NCBI GenBank assembly: GCA_023265535.1
Contig: JAHFTI010000005.1
Coordinates: forward strand, 1-62,120
DNA length: 62,120 bases
Origin: Opitutaceae bacterium
GTDB taxonomy: Bacteria > Verrucomicrobiota > Verrucomicrobiia > Opitutales > Opitutaceae
Direction: 5' to 3'
A model generated the notes under the pieces. That model was given only the letters and a program-made list of their open reading frames with translations, ran no database searches and had not been told where the DNA came from. Position numbers and translations under genes: made by a program. This document shows, piece after piece, positions 27,505 through 36,476 of this stretch. Position 1 is the stretch's first letter. Every line of letters starts with the position of its first letter.

Positions 27505-27519
27505 ATGCAGAAAATGCAT
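27505..27519. promoter_or_regulatory. LysR-type T-N11-A dyad ATGCA-GAAAA-TGCAT
   Basis: Perfect 5-bp inverted repeat 12 nt upstream of the LysR start codon, in the divergent intergenic region. The palindrome GCATATGC is adjacent. AAGGAGG RBS at 27523-27529. Confidence 0.4.
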
Positions 27520-27530
27520 AACAAGGAGGG

Positions 27531-28451
27531 ATGAACACGGATACGGTCAGGGCATTCCTGGTGGTCCTCGAGGAGGGCAGCCTCAACCGCGCGGCTGTGC
27601 GCCTGCACCTGGCGCAGTCGTCGCTGACGCGGCAGATGCAGTCGCTCGAGCATGAGTTGGGGGGCCTGCTGCTGGAGCGCACCGCCGGGGGCGTGGCGGC
27701 CACGGCGGCGGGGCAGGATTTTGCGCGCCGGATGAAGCCGTTGCTGGCGGGGTTTGACGAGGCGGTGGAGGCGGTGCGCCAGCATGCGCGCGGGCAGCGC
27801 AGCACGCTGCGCGTGGGTTACATCCTTTCGGCGGGGCGGATCTACCTCAATCCGGCGCTGGCAGTGCTGCGCCGCGAGCACCCGGAGGTGCAGGTGAAGC
27901 TCTTCGACCTGTCGCCGGGCGAGCAGCTCGAGGCCCTGCGCAAGGGCGAGATCGACGTGGCGCTCGTGGGGCAGGAGGGCGCGGTGGCGGCGAAGGATTT
28001 TTACACGCGCCGCGTGGCCACGCTCTCGCTGGTGGTGGTCCTGCCCGAGCAGCATCCCTTGGCGGGGCGGGAGCGCGTGCGCATGGAGGACCTGCGCGAG
28101 GAGCTCTTCATCGGCGTGCCCGATGCGCATGTGCCGGGGCGCGACCGCTGGATCACGCGCCTGTGCCGCCAGGCGGGCTTCAAACCGCGCTTCCTGATGG
28201 AATCCGACAGCCTGGTGCACGCCCTCTCGCTGGTGGTGAGCGAACGCGCCGTGGTGATTGCCCCGAGCTATGTGTGCGACGTGCCCGCGGCGGGTGTCGT
28301 CTCCGTGCCCATCGATGCGCCCGGGGTGACTTGGGACTTCCTGGTGGTGTGGCAGCGGGGCAAGGTGGCGCCGGCCGTGAAGGCGCTGGTGCAGGCCATT
28401 CCTGCGGGGCCGGAGCTGCAGGGGGCAAAGGCCCCCGCCAAGAGCCGCTGA
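27531..28451 (+). CDS. LysR-family transcriptional regulator
   Basis: N-terminal wHTH MNTDTVRAFLVVLEEGSLNRAAVRLHLAQSSLTRQMQSLE followed by a LysR substrate-binding domain. Confidence 0.85.
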   Translation: MNTDTVRAFLVVLEEGSLNRAAVRLHLAQSSLTRQMQSLEHELGGLLLERTAGGVAATAAGQDFARRMKPLLAGFDEAVEAVRQHARGQRSTLRVGYILSAGRIYLNPALAVLRREHPEVQVKLFDLSPGEQLEALRKGEIDVALVGQEGAVAAKDFYTRRVATLSLVVVLPEQHPLAGRERVRMEDLREELFIGVPDAHVPGRDRWITRLCRQAGFKPRFLMESDSLVHALSLVVSERAVVIAPSYVCDVPAAGVVSVPIDAPGVTWDFLVVWQRGKVAPAVKALVQAIPAGPELQGAKAPAKSR

Positions 28452-28526
28452 GGCCCCGGGGCCGTGGCGGGGTGGCTTTTCCCACCGATTCCACTTTCTT
28501 CTCCGGGGAGGGATGTCTAGCTCTGG

Positions 28527-29717
28527 GTGCGCATGCGCATGCGCCTTACGGAGCTCCTCCTTGTTTTTCTGCGGCTGGGCTGCAGTTCCTTCGGCGGGCC
28601 GGCGGCGCACATCGGCTATTTCCACGAGGAATGTGTGCGTCGGCGTGGCTGGTTCGAGGAGGCCGCCTTCGCGGAACTCGTGGCGCTGTGCCAATTCCTG
28701 CCGGGACCGGCGAGCAGCCAGCTGGTCTTTGCCATTGGGCGTGCGCGCGCGGGCTTTCCGGGTGCCGTGCTGGCTTCGCTCTGTTTCACGCTGCCCTCGG
28801 TGTTGCTGATGGTGGGCTTTGCCTACGGGCTGGCCCATCTCGGCGGGCTGCGCGAGGCGGCCTGGCTCCACGGGCTCAAGCTTGCGGCGGTGGCAGTGGT
28901 GGCGCAGGCGGTGTGGTCGATGGGCGGAAGGCTTTGCCCGGACTGGCCCAGGCGTGCGTTGGCGCTCGTGGTGGCGGCGTGCGTCCTGCTCCTGCCCGGT
29001 TCGGCGGGGCAGTTGGGCGCGATCGTGTTTGGCTCCCTGGCAGGCTGGCTCCTGTATCGGGGCGTGGTGCCCGCGGGGCCGGTCGCAGCGGAGTCGGGGC
29101 TGGCCCGGCAGCATCTTTGGGCGGCCGGGGCACTGATCCTGTATGGGGTGCTCCTGGTGGCCCTGCCGGTAGTGGCGGCGGGCGGAGAGGCTCCCTGGGC
29201 GGGGCTCTTCGACCGCTTTTACCGTTCCGGAGCCCTGGTTTTTGGCGGCGGCCATGTGGTCCTGCCCCTGCTGCGTGCGGAACTGGTGCCGCCGGGGCTG
29301 ATCAGTGACGACGCCTTCCTGGCAGGCTATGGTGCGGCGCAGGCCCTGCCCGGTCCGCTGTTCAGCTTCGCGGCTTACCTGGGGACGGTCATCGAGGGTG
29401 GTCCGCAGGCCTGGGTGGGGGGCCTTTGGTGCACCTTCGCCCTGTTCCTGCCCGGCTGGCTGCTGATCGGTGGTGCGCTTCCCTTCTGGCATCTGTTGCG
29501 CGGAAGGATCTGGGCGCAGGCTGCGCTCCGGGGCGCCAATGCCGCGGTGGTGGGCGTGCTCCTGGCTGCGCTCTGGCAGCCGGTGTGCCGGGAGGCGGTG
29601 CACGGTCCCTGGGATGTGCTGGCTGCAGTTTTGGGCTTTGTGCTCCTGGAATGGCTGCGGGCGCCCTCCTGGAGCGTGGTGCTGGGGTGTTTGGCCGCTG
29701 CACAGTGGCTTTTGTGA
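28527..29717 (+). CDS. chrA: chromate ion transporter (CHR family)
   Basis: Duplicated CHR halves: FLRLGCSSFGGPAAHIGY and ALVFGGGHVVLPLL. Confidence 0.85.
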   Translation: MRMRMRLTELLLVFLRLGCSSFGGPAAHIGYFHEECVRRRGWFEEAAFAELVALCQFLPGPASSQLVFAIGRARAGFPGAVLASLCFTLPSVLLMVGFAYGLAHLGGLREAAWLHGLKLAAVAVVAQAVWSMGGRLCPDWPRRALALVVAACVLLLPGSAGQLGAIVFGSLAGWLLYRGVVPAGPVAAESGLARQHLWAAGALILYGVLLVALPVVAAGGEAPWAGLFDRFYRSGALVFGGGHVVLPLLRAELVPPGLISDDAFLAGYGAAQALPGPLFSFAAYLGTVIEGGPQAWVGGLWCTFALFLPGWLLIGGALPFWHLLRGRIWAQAALRGANAAVVGVLLAALWQPVCREAVHGPWDVLAAVLGFVLLEWLRAPSWSVVLGCLAAAQWLL

Positions 29718-29735
29718 ATAACTTTTTGCCGTCGA

Positions 29736-29764
29736 GGCAGGCACTTGTGGAAGTGCTTGCCTTT
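29736..29764 (+). terminator. possible terminator after chrA
   Basis: GGCAGGCACTT-gtgg-AAGTGCTTGCC (11 bp with one G.T) followed by TTT. Confidence 0.45.
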
Positions 29765-29908
29765 GAGAAGGAAATTGTTCTCCTCGTGGCCCGTTTCAGA
29801 GTGAAAAGCGGCCGTCCCGCACACGGAAACGGGTAGGGGATCTCAGGAGCTGCTTGACAGCCGCCAAGGGATTCTGCACTTCCGTTAACTCTTAATCAGT
29901 CTCATACC

Positions 29909-30046
29909 ATGCAACCCACCTTCCGTCCGCATAAGAAAAAGCGCGCCCGTCAGATTGGTTTCCGCGCCCGTAACAAGACCAAGGGCGGCCGCAAAGTCCT
30001 TGCAGCCCGCCGTAACAAGGGCCGTAAGCGCCTGACGGTCGTCTAA
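29909..30046 (+). CDS. rpmH: 50S ribosomal protein L34
   Basis: My own translation: [45 protein letters not shown]. At 45 aa it is too short for the ORF track. It sits in the canonical position before rnpA. Confidence 0.95.
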   Translation: MQPTFRPHKKKRARQIGFRARNKTKGGRKVLAARRNKGRKRLTVV

Positions 30047-30088
30047 GTCCGTTTTTCCGCGCCCCGCGTCCCATCGTGCGACGCTCCC

Positions 30089-30640
30089 ATGCGCTATCGC
30101 CCTGAACAGCATCTACGCCGTCAGGGCGAAATTCGCGCCGTGCGGGAGCAAGGTCGACGAATGGATTGCGGGGCTTTTACTTTGTGGTGGCTCGCGCGTC
30201 CCGTGGACGCCTCCACCGAAAGTCCCGCCGGTCCCCGTGTCTGCGTCGTGGCGTCCATCGCCGCCGTGGGCAAGGCCGTGCTCCGCACCCGGGCGAAACG
30301 TCGCCTTCGGGAGCTTTTTCGCATCCATCAGGAGCGTATTCCCGCAGGCCTCGACCTCATGCTGATCGCCAAGTCGGGCTGCGTGAAGTTCGAGTTCAAG
30401 GAGTTGGAGCGACGCTTCTTGCAGGCCTGCAGCCGGCTTCCCGCGCCCCGTTCCGGGGTGCCGCCCGCAGGGTCAGCCACCGTGGTGTCGGCAGCGCCGG
30501 CGATGGCCGCGTCACTCTCTCCGGTCCCGGGGCCCGTGCCAGCGCCTGCATGGGCGGCCACGCCCGTGACCCCGGCTCCGGTGGCGGCAGCATCCGCCGA
30601 AAAGAAGGCCGGCCCGCACTCCGGGCAGGCGGCTCGCTGA
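30089..30640 (+). CDS. rnpA: ribonuclease P protein component with a ~65-aa Pro/Ala-rich C-terminal extension
   Basis: The RNase P protein core includes the RNR-like [10 protein letters not shown] motif and follows rpmH. The tail [50 protein letters not shown] is atypical. Confidence 0.8.
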   Translation: MRYRPEQHLRRQGEIRAVREQGRRMDCGAFTLWWLARPVDASTESPAGPRVCVVASIAAVGKAVLRTRAKRRLRELFRIHQERIPAGLDLMLIAKSGCVKFEFKELERRFLQACSRLPAPRSGVPPAGSATVVSAAPAMAASLSPVPGPVPAPAWAATPVTPAPVAAASAEKKAGPHSGQAAR

Positions 30641-30683
30641 GAGCCGTTGTCCGACTTGTTCACAGCTTATCCACAGGGCCGTC

Positions 30684-31019
30684 ATGACTGAGCAGCAGGA
30701 GGCCAAGGAGCCTGTCAGCGAGGGCGGCGGGCTGCAGATCCGCAGGGTCGGCCTGTTGGCGGGGGCGCTCCTGCTTGTCATCCGGCTTTACCAACGCCTG
30801 ATCGCTCCGCTCTGGCCCGTGCTTTTCGGACCGAATGCCGGTTGCCGCTTCTATCCCAGCTGTTCCCATTACACCGCCGAGGCCCTGCGCGTGCATGGCG
30901 CCTTTAGGGGAACCGCCCTGGGCGCGTGGCGGATTTTGCGTTGCACGCCGCTTTCCAAGGGGGGGCTGGACCCGGTTCCTCCGCGACATCGCGCCGCTCC
31001 TTCTTGCGTTCGTCGCTGA
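30684..31019 (+). CDS. yidD: membrane protein insertion efficiency factor YidD
   Basis: YQRLIAPL...[10 protein letters not shown]...RILRC signature. Longer than usual at both ends, so the start is uncertain. Confidence 0.8.
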   Translation: MTEQQEAKEPVSEGGGLQIRRVGLLAGALLLVIRLYQRLIAPLWPVLFGPNAGCRFYPSCSHYTAEALRVHGAFRGTALGAWRILRCTPLSKGGLDPVPPRHRAAPSCVRR

Positions 31020-31079
31020 TTCTTGCTCCTTCGTACCCTTTTACACGTCAGATTTTCACACCCGGACCACTTTCAGTTA

Positions 31080-32864
31080 ATGGACAAAAAGAATACCATC
31101 ATCGGTGTTGTGCTGCTCATCGCGGCCTTCGCCACCTTCTACGTCGGCCAGAAGCTCTCCCCCCCGTCCCCCGCACAGCCCGTGCGTGAGATCACGGGCA
31201 CCGGCGGGCCCAACCAGGCCAACAACAGCCCCGTGACGACCTCCCCCACCGACGCGACCTTCGCGGCGGTGACGAAGGACATCGCCGAGGCCAAGCTCTA
31301 CACGCTCAAGAACGACCTGGCCGAATTCCGCTTTTCCAATTTCGGCGGTGCCGTGCGCGAGGTGGCCCTGCTCAAGTACGACCAGGAGAAGTCCAACCCG
31401 GGCGTCCCCTATGTGGTGAACCGCCTGAGCGCGGCCCCGGCCCTTGCCTTCGTCGACCTCCCCGGCCTCGACCGCAACGCGCCCTACGAGCTGGTCTCCA
31501 GCAGCGCCACCGAGATCGTCTTCCGCGCCGTGTGGGAGAACCGCGTCGAGGTCACCCGCCGCTATTCGATCAATGCCGGCGCGGGCAGCGCCACCGCCGA
31601 TCCCTATGTGCTCCGCTACGAGACGAGCTTCCGCAACCTCAGCGACCAGACCGTGCAGATGCCGCGCGCGCTCCTGAGCGTCGGCACCGCCGCCCCGCTC
31701 AACGCGGATGACGTCGGCATGTATTTGAGCAATGGATACCACATCGCGGGCGACACGACGCTGATCAAGCGCTCGGAGCTCGAGGGTGGCGGCATGCTGA
31801 GCTGGATCGGCATCGGCTCCAAGAATCCCCTTCCCTACATCGAGACCGCCGGCTCGCTCGGCTGGGCCTCGGTGCAGAACCAGTTCTTCGTCTCGATCCT
31901 CACGCCCGACCAGCCCGCCATCGGCCTGCTCTCGCGCCGCGTGGAGCTTCCCGCCTTCCCCGGCAGCGTGCATCCCGCGGTCGGCATGACCGGCTCGGCC
32001 CGCTTTGAGGTGCCCGCCCTCGCGCCCAAGGCCGAGGCCAAGCTCAGCGGCTCGCTCTACAGCGGCCCGAAGGAGTACAGCCGCCTCTCGAACATGGACG
32101 TGTTCAAGCTCGACCAGGAGAAGGTCATGGACTTCGGCTTCTTCAAGTTCTTCAGCCAGATCCTGCTCACGCTCATGACCTGGATCCACAAGGGCATCCC
32201 GAACTGGGGCTGGGCCATCGTTCTGACCACGCTGCTGCTCAAGCTGGTGTTCCTGCCCCTCACGCTCGCCGCCTCCAAGTCGGCCAAGCGCATGGCCAAG
32301 ATCCAGCCCGAGATGGCCGCCGTCCGCGAGAAGTGGAAGGACAATCCGCAGAAGCTCCAGCTCGAGACGATGGAGCTCTTCAAGAAGCACAAGGTGAACC
32401 CCATGGGCGGCTGCCTGCCGATCCTGGTCACGATTCCCTTCTTCATCGGCTTCTTCTCGATGCTGCAGAGCACGGCTGAGCTGCGCTTCCAGAGCTTCCT
32501 CTGGGCCGCCGACCTGAGCGCGCCTGACACGGTGGGCCACCTCTGGGGTCTCCCGATCAACATCATGCCCGTGCTCATGGGTGCGACGATGATCATCCAG
32601 ATGCACCTCACGCCGACGCCGACGGTGGATAACATGCAGGCCAAGATGTTCAAGTTCATGCCCTACATCTTCGCGCTGTTCTGCTACAACTTCTCCTGCG
32701 CCCTTTCCCTCTATTCGACGGTCAACGGTGTCTTCACGATCCTCCAGCAGCTTGTGATCAACAAGATGAAGGATCCCGTGGGTGACGCCGCCGAGGCGGC
32801 CCTGGCTGCCGAGGCTGCGAAGCGCGGCGGGCGCAAGGTCAAGAACGTGACGCCTGGCAAGTAA
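31080..32864 (+). CDS. yidC: membrane protein insertase YidC
   Basis: ATG at 31080 (MDKKNTIIGVVLLIAAF). Large periplasmic P1 domain, then the conserved core WGWAIVLTTLLLKLVFLPL, MAKIQPEM and GCLPILVTIPFFIGFF. Confidence 0.9.
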   Translation: MDKKNTIIGVVLLIAAFATFYVGQKLSPPSPAQPVREITGTGGPNQANNSPVTTSPTDATFAAVTKDIAEAKLYTLKNDLAEFRFSNFGGAVREVALLKYDQEKSNPGVPYVVNRLSAAPALAFVDLPGLDRNAPYELVSSSATEIVFRAVWENRVEVTRRYSINAGAGSATADPYVLRYETSFRNLSDQTVQMPRALLSVGTAAPLNADDVGMYLSNGYHIAGDTTLIKRSELEGGGMLSWIGIGSKNPLPYIETAGSLGWASVQNQFFVSILTPDQPAIGLLSRRVELPAFPGSVHPAVGMTGSARFEVPALAPKAEAKLSGSLYSGPKEYSRLSNMDVFKLDQEKVMDFGFFKFFSQILLTLMTWIHKGIPNWGWAIVLTTLLLKLVFLPLTLAASKSAKRMAKIQPEMAAVREKWKDNPQKLQLETMELFKKHKVNPMGGCLPILVTIPFFIGFFSMLQSTAELRFQSFLWAADLSAPDTVGHLWGLPINIMPVLMGATMIIQMHLTPTPTVDNMQAKMFKFMPYIFALFCYNFSCALSLYSTVNGVFTILQQLVINKMKDPVGDAAEAALAAEAAKRGGRKVKNVTPGK

Positions 32865-32866
32865 CC

Positions 32867-33619
32867 ATGGCGGGACACAACAAGTGGTCCAAGGTCAAGC
32901 GCGGCAAGGCCATCGTGGATGCCCGCAAGGGCAAGGTCTTCAGCCGCATCAGCCGTGACATCACCCTCGCCGCAAAGGCGGGCGGGGGTGATCCCGATGG
33001 CAATGCGCGCTTGCGCACGCTGATGCTGAAGGCCCGCGAGGTGAACATGCCCGTGGACAACGTGGAGCGCGCGATCAAGAAGGGCACGGGCGAGCTGCCC
33101 GGCGTCACCTTCGAGGACGCCACTTACGAGGGCTACGGCGCGGGCGGCGTGGCCTTCGTGGTGAAGGTGACGACCGACAACAAGACGCGCGCCGCGCAGG
33201 ACGTGCGTTCGTGCTTCACGCGCTGGAATGGCAACATGGGCGGCGCCGGTTCGGTGGCCTTCCAGTTCATTCACGCCGGCCAGATCCTGGTTGCGCTCGA
33301 CTCGTGCACCGAGGACCGCCTCATGGAAGTGGCGCTCGAGGCGGGGGCCGACGATGTCATCACGACCGAGGAGGGGTACGAGGTGCGCTGCCCCGTGAAC
33401 TCCTTCGACCGCGTGCTGCAGGCGATCGACAGGGCGGGCATCCGCACGGAGAGCTCCGAGGTCGCCTACATCCCCACGGTCACGGTGCCCGTGACGGACC
33501 TTTCGGTGGCGCGTTCGCTCGTGAAGCTCCAGGAGATGCTCGAGGAATACGACGACGTGCAGAGCGTCTTCTCGAACGAGGAGATGGACGAGAAGCTCGC
33601 CGAGGCCGCGCGCGAGTGA
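32867..33619 (+). CDS. YebC/PmpR-family DNA-binding transcriptional regulator
   Basis: MAGHNKWSKVKRGKA N-terminus, plus NMPVDNVERAIKKG. Confidence 0.9.
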   Translation: MAGHNKWSKVKRGKAIVDARKGKVFSRISRDITLAAKAGGGDPDGNARLRTLMLKAREVNMPVDNVERAIKKGTGELPGVTFEDATYEGYGAGGVAFVVKVTTDNKTRAAQDVRSCFTRWNGNMGGAGSVAFQFIHAGQILVALDSCTEDRLMEVALEAGADDVITTEEGYEVRCPVNSFDRVLQAIDRAGIRTESSEVAYIPTVTVPVTDLSVARSLVKLQEMLEEYDDVQSVFSNEEMDEKLAEAARE

Positions 33620-33715
33620 GCAGGGCGGCGGATGACGCCGCACTGCGTTGCGTTTCCCTTTCGGCAGGCCTGTGACGGCCTGCCTTTTTTTGCGGGGTGG
33701 CGGGTGGGCCCCGGC

Positions 33716-34291
33716 TCAGAGGCCGCGGCGGATCATGTTCACGGCGATGGCGCCGAGGAGCAGGGCGATGATCTTCGAGATGGCGCGCAGGCCGGCGGGG
33801 CGTATCAGCTTTGCCAATACATCGCTGTAGCGGAAGGCCAGGATGATGAGCACGAGGTTCACGCCGAGGGCGAGCAAGGTGTGCAGCATGCCCACGGTCT
33901 GCGTGAGCAGCAGCAGCGACGCGATGGTGGCGGGACCCGCGATGAGCGGCATGCCGAGGGGGACCACGCCGAAGTCGTCGGCAAGCTTGGCGGGTTCGTC
34001 GGAGGGGGACTGGATGATGTCGCGCGCGGCCAGGATGAAGAGGATGAGGCCGCCCGCGATCTGGAAGTCCTTCACCGAGATGCCGAGCGCGGAGAAGATG
34101 CTCGCCCCCAGGAAGAGGAAGAGCAGCGAGACGCCGCCGCCCGTGATGGTCGCCTGGAAGGCGATCTTCCGTTTCTGGGCGACGGGGGATCCCTGGCTCA
34201 TGGCCAGGAAAATGGCGGCCAGGCCGATGGGATCTATCGCCACGAAGAGCGGGATGAAGGCTTGGAGGAAGGGGTGGGAAAGGTCGGGCAT
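33716..34291 (-). CDS. MarC-family (UPF0056) integral membrane protein
   Basis: FIPLFVAIDPIG N-terminus and six hydrophobic segments. Confidence 0.8.
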   Translation of the reverse strand: MPDLSHPFLQAFIPLFVAIDPIGLAAIFLAMSQGSPVAQKRKIAFQATITGGGVSLLFLFLGASIFSALGISVKDFQIAGGLILFILAARDIIQSPSDEPAKLADDFGVVPLGMPLIAGPATIASLLLLTQTVGMLHTLLALGVNLVLIILAFRYSDVLAKLIRPAGLRAISKIIALLLGAIAVNMIRRGL

Positions 34292-34402
34292 GGGGCAATG
34301 CTAGGAGGGCGCATGGCTCGCGGGCAATGGGTAACGCACGTGTGCGAACAGCAGATTTAGGCTTCCGCTTTTGCGTGGGCCCCTCCATCTATCGTCTGCC
34401 CT

Positions 34403-34780
34403 ATGTCCACGCAGAGCAACGCATGCACCAACCCCGCCACGTCGGGCCCTTCCGTCGACAAGCTCCGCCGTCTTCCCCCCTCGGCAACCGAGGATTTCCT
34501 GAGCTTCAAAGGCAAGGGTGATGAGGAGGCCCTCACGCGCCTGATCATTGCGGTGCTCACGGACCATTCGCCCGACAAGGCCAAGGCTGTCACCCAATGG
34601 GGCCCCGAGTTGCGCCTGATCGAGGACATCGGCTTTGATTCCCTGGCCATCGCCGAGACGGTCTTTTTCTTCGAGGACCTCTTTCAAATCAGCATTTCCA
34701 ACGAGGAAATCATGCAGGTGCGCACGCTTGGTGAGCTGCGCGCCTTTGTGAAGACCAAGGTGACGGCCCTCGCCTCCTGA
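34403..34780 (+). CDS. acyl carrier protein 1 (with ~40-aa N-terminal extension)
   Basis: Phosphopantetheine attachment motif IGFDSLAIAE. First gene of the coupled operon. Confidence 0.75.
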   Translation: MSTQSNACTNPATSGPSVDKLRRLPPSATEDFLSFKGKGDEEALTRLIIAVLTDHSPDKAKAVTQWGPELRLIEDIGFDSLAIAETVFFFEDLFQISISNEEIMQVRTLGELRAFVKTKVTALAS

Positions 34781-34817
34781 GCCTTCCGCAGGCCCGGGCC
34801 CCAAGCACCCCACATCC

Positions 34818-36092
34818 ATGCGACGCGCCGTCATCACCGGCATCGGTTTCATCAGCAGCATCGGCAACGATCGCGCCAGCGTGCTGGCCAGTCTCCGGGA
34901 GCTGAGGCACGGCTTCGAGCAGGTCACCTGGCTCGACAATCCGCGCGTGGCCGTGAAGGTGCTCGGCACCGTCAAGGGCTTCCAGGTCGCCTCCACCGAG
35001 TGGCGCGACTGGCGCTGGCCCGAGGGCTATTCCTTTGGCAGCGAGATCCTCCGTTCCCTCGCCCCGCACGGGCTTTACGCCCTGTGCGCCTGCGAGCAGG
35101 CCGTGGCCGATGCGGGTCTCAGGGCCGCGGATCTCGCCAATGTCGACACGGGGTTGTTCACCGCCTCCGCGGGTTCGCCTTTCCTGCTGCACCATCACCT
35201 CAAGACGCTCGACGTGGCACGCGGTGAACGCGGCAACCCCATGGGGGTCGTGAGTTCGATCAGCGGCACGCTCAACTTCAACCTGGCCACGCATTTTCAC
35301 ATCCAGGGCGCGGTCTGCGGCTTTGTCTCCGCCTGCGCCTCCTCGAGCCATGCGCTCGGCTATGCCCTCGACGAGATCCGTCTCGGGCGCCAGAAGCGCA
35401 TCCTGGTCGTGGGTGCCGAGGAACCGCACGCGGAGACGGTGCTGCCCTTCGCGGCCATGCGCGCCCTCTCGATCAATCCGGACCCGGGTTCCGCCTCGCG
35501 TCCCTTCGACCGCCGGCGTGACGGCTTTGTCGGCACGGGCGGTGCCGCCGCGCTCCTGGTGGAGGAGGAGTCCGAGGCCCTGGCGCGCGGTGCCACCATC
35601 TACGCCGAATTGGCGGGCTGGGGGCAGGCGGCGGACGGGCACAGCGTCGCCATGTCGCATCCCGAGGGGCGCGGCCTGATCGAGGCCATGAAACGCGCCC
35701 TGAAGGACGCCTCCGTGGAGTCGTCGGAGGTGGATTACATCAACGCCCACGCCACCTCCACTCCCGTCGGGGACAAGTCCGAGGCCTTTGCGCTCAGGAG
35801 CGTGTTTGGGGCGGTGCCGCGCCAGCCGCGCGTGAGCAGCACCAAGGCCCTCACCGGGCATGGCCTGTCGATGGCGGGTGCGCTCGAGACGGCGCTGTGC
35901 GCGCTAAGCATGAAGGAGGGCATCATCCCCGGCTGTGCCCACCTCCAGGAGCCGGATCCCGCCTGCGAGGGCCTGGACCTTCCGCGTGCGACCCTGGCCG
36001 AGCCCACCCGTGTCATGCTGAACAACAGCAGCGGGTTTGGTGGAAGCAATGTCTGCCTGGTCCTGAAGGCGGCGGCGGCTTCCCGCACCTGA
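34818..36092 (+). CDS. beta-ketoacyl-ACP synthase (FabF/FabB-like KS)
   Basis: Active-site Cys in SACASSSHALG, His in NAHATSTPVGD and KALTGHGLSMAG, and a C-terminal NSSGFGGSNVCLVL. Confidence 0.9.
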   Translation: MRRAVITGIGFISSIGNDRASVLASLRELRHGFEQVTWLDNPRVAVKVLGTVKGFQVASTEWRDWRWPEGYSFGSEILRSLAPHGLYALCACEQAVADAGLRAADLANVDTGLFTASAGSPFLLHHHLKTLDVARGERGNPMGVVSSISGTLNFNLATHFHIQGAVCGFVSACASSSHALGYALDEIRLGRQKRILVVGAEEPHAETVLPFAAMRALSINPDPGSASRPFDRRRDGFVGTGGAAALLVEEESEALARGATIYAELAGWGQAADGHSVAMSHPEGRGLIEAMKRALKDASVESSEVDYINAHATSTPVGDKSEAFALRSVFGAVPRQPRVSSTKALTGHGLSMAGALETALCALSMKEGIIPGCAHLQEPDPACEGLDLPRATLAEPTRVMLNNSSGFGGSNVCLVLKAAAASRT

Positions 36093-36182
36093 GCAGGAGC
36101 GGCCTTTCCGCCCTGCCATTCGCCTGCAGTGCGTGCTTGCGGAGCACCGTGCTTGTCTCCTGACTGTGCCCGTTTCCCCCGT

Positions 36183-36458
36183 ATGGCCGACCCTCTCTGC
36201 ACACGTCTCAAACACATCATCGTCCAGACCCTTCGTCTCGAGGATATCACCCCCGAGCAGATCAAGGACGACGAGCCGCTCATCGGCTCGGGCCTGGCCT
36301 TGGATTCGATCGATGCGTTGGAGCTCGTTGTCCAGCTGGAGAAGGAGTTCGGCATCAAGATCAGCAGCAGCGAGGAGTCCAAGCAGGCGCTTGCCAGCGT
36401 TTCCTCCCTTGCCGCCTTCATTCGTACGCGCGTGGAACCCTCCCGTCTTCCTTCCTGA
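36183..36458 (+). CDS. acyl carrier protein 2
   Basis: ATG at 36183 (MADPLCTRLKHIIV...). GLALDSIDALELV attachment motif. Confidence 0.8.
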   Translation: MADPLCTRLKHIIVQTLRLEDITPEQIKDDEPLIGSGLALDSIDALELVVQLEKEFGIKISSSEESKQALASVSSLAAFIRTRVEPSRLPS

Positions 36459-36476
36459 CCGTAACTTCCGCGGCGC

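Noticed and set aside
27480-29744. 754-aa minus-strand ORF
   Set aside because: It is antisense to the clearly recognisable LysR regulator and ChrA transporter genes. It is extremely Arg/His/Pro/Gln-rich.
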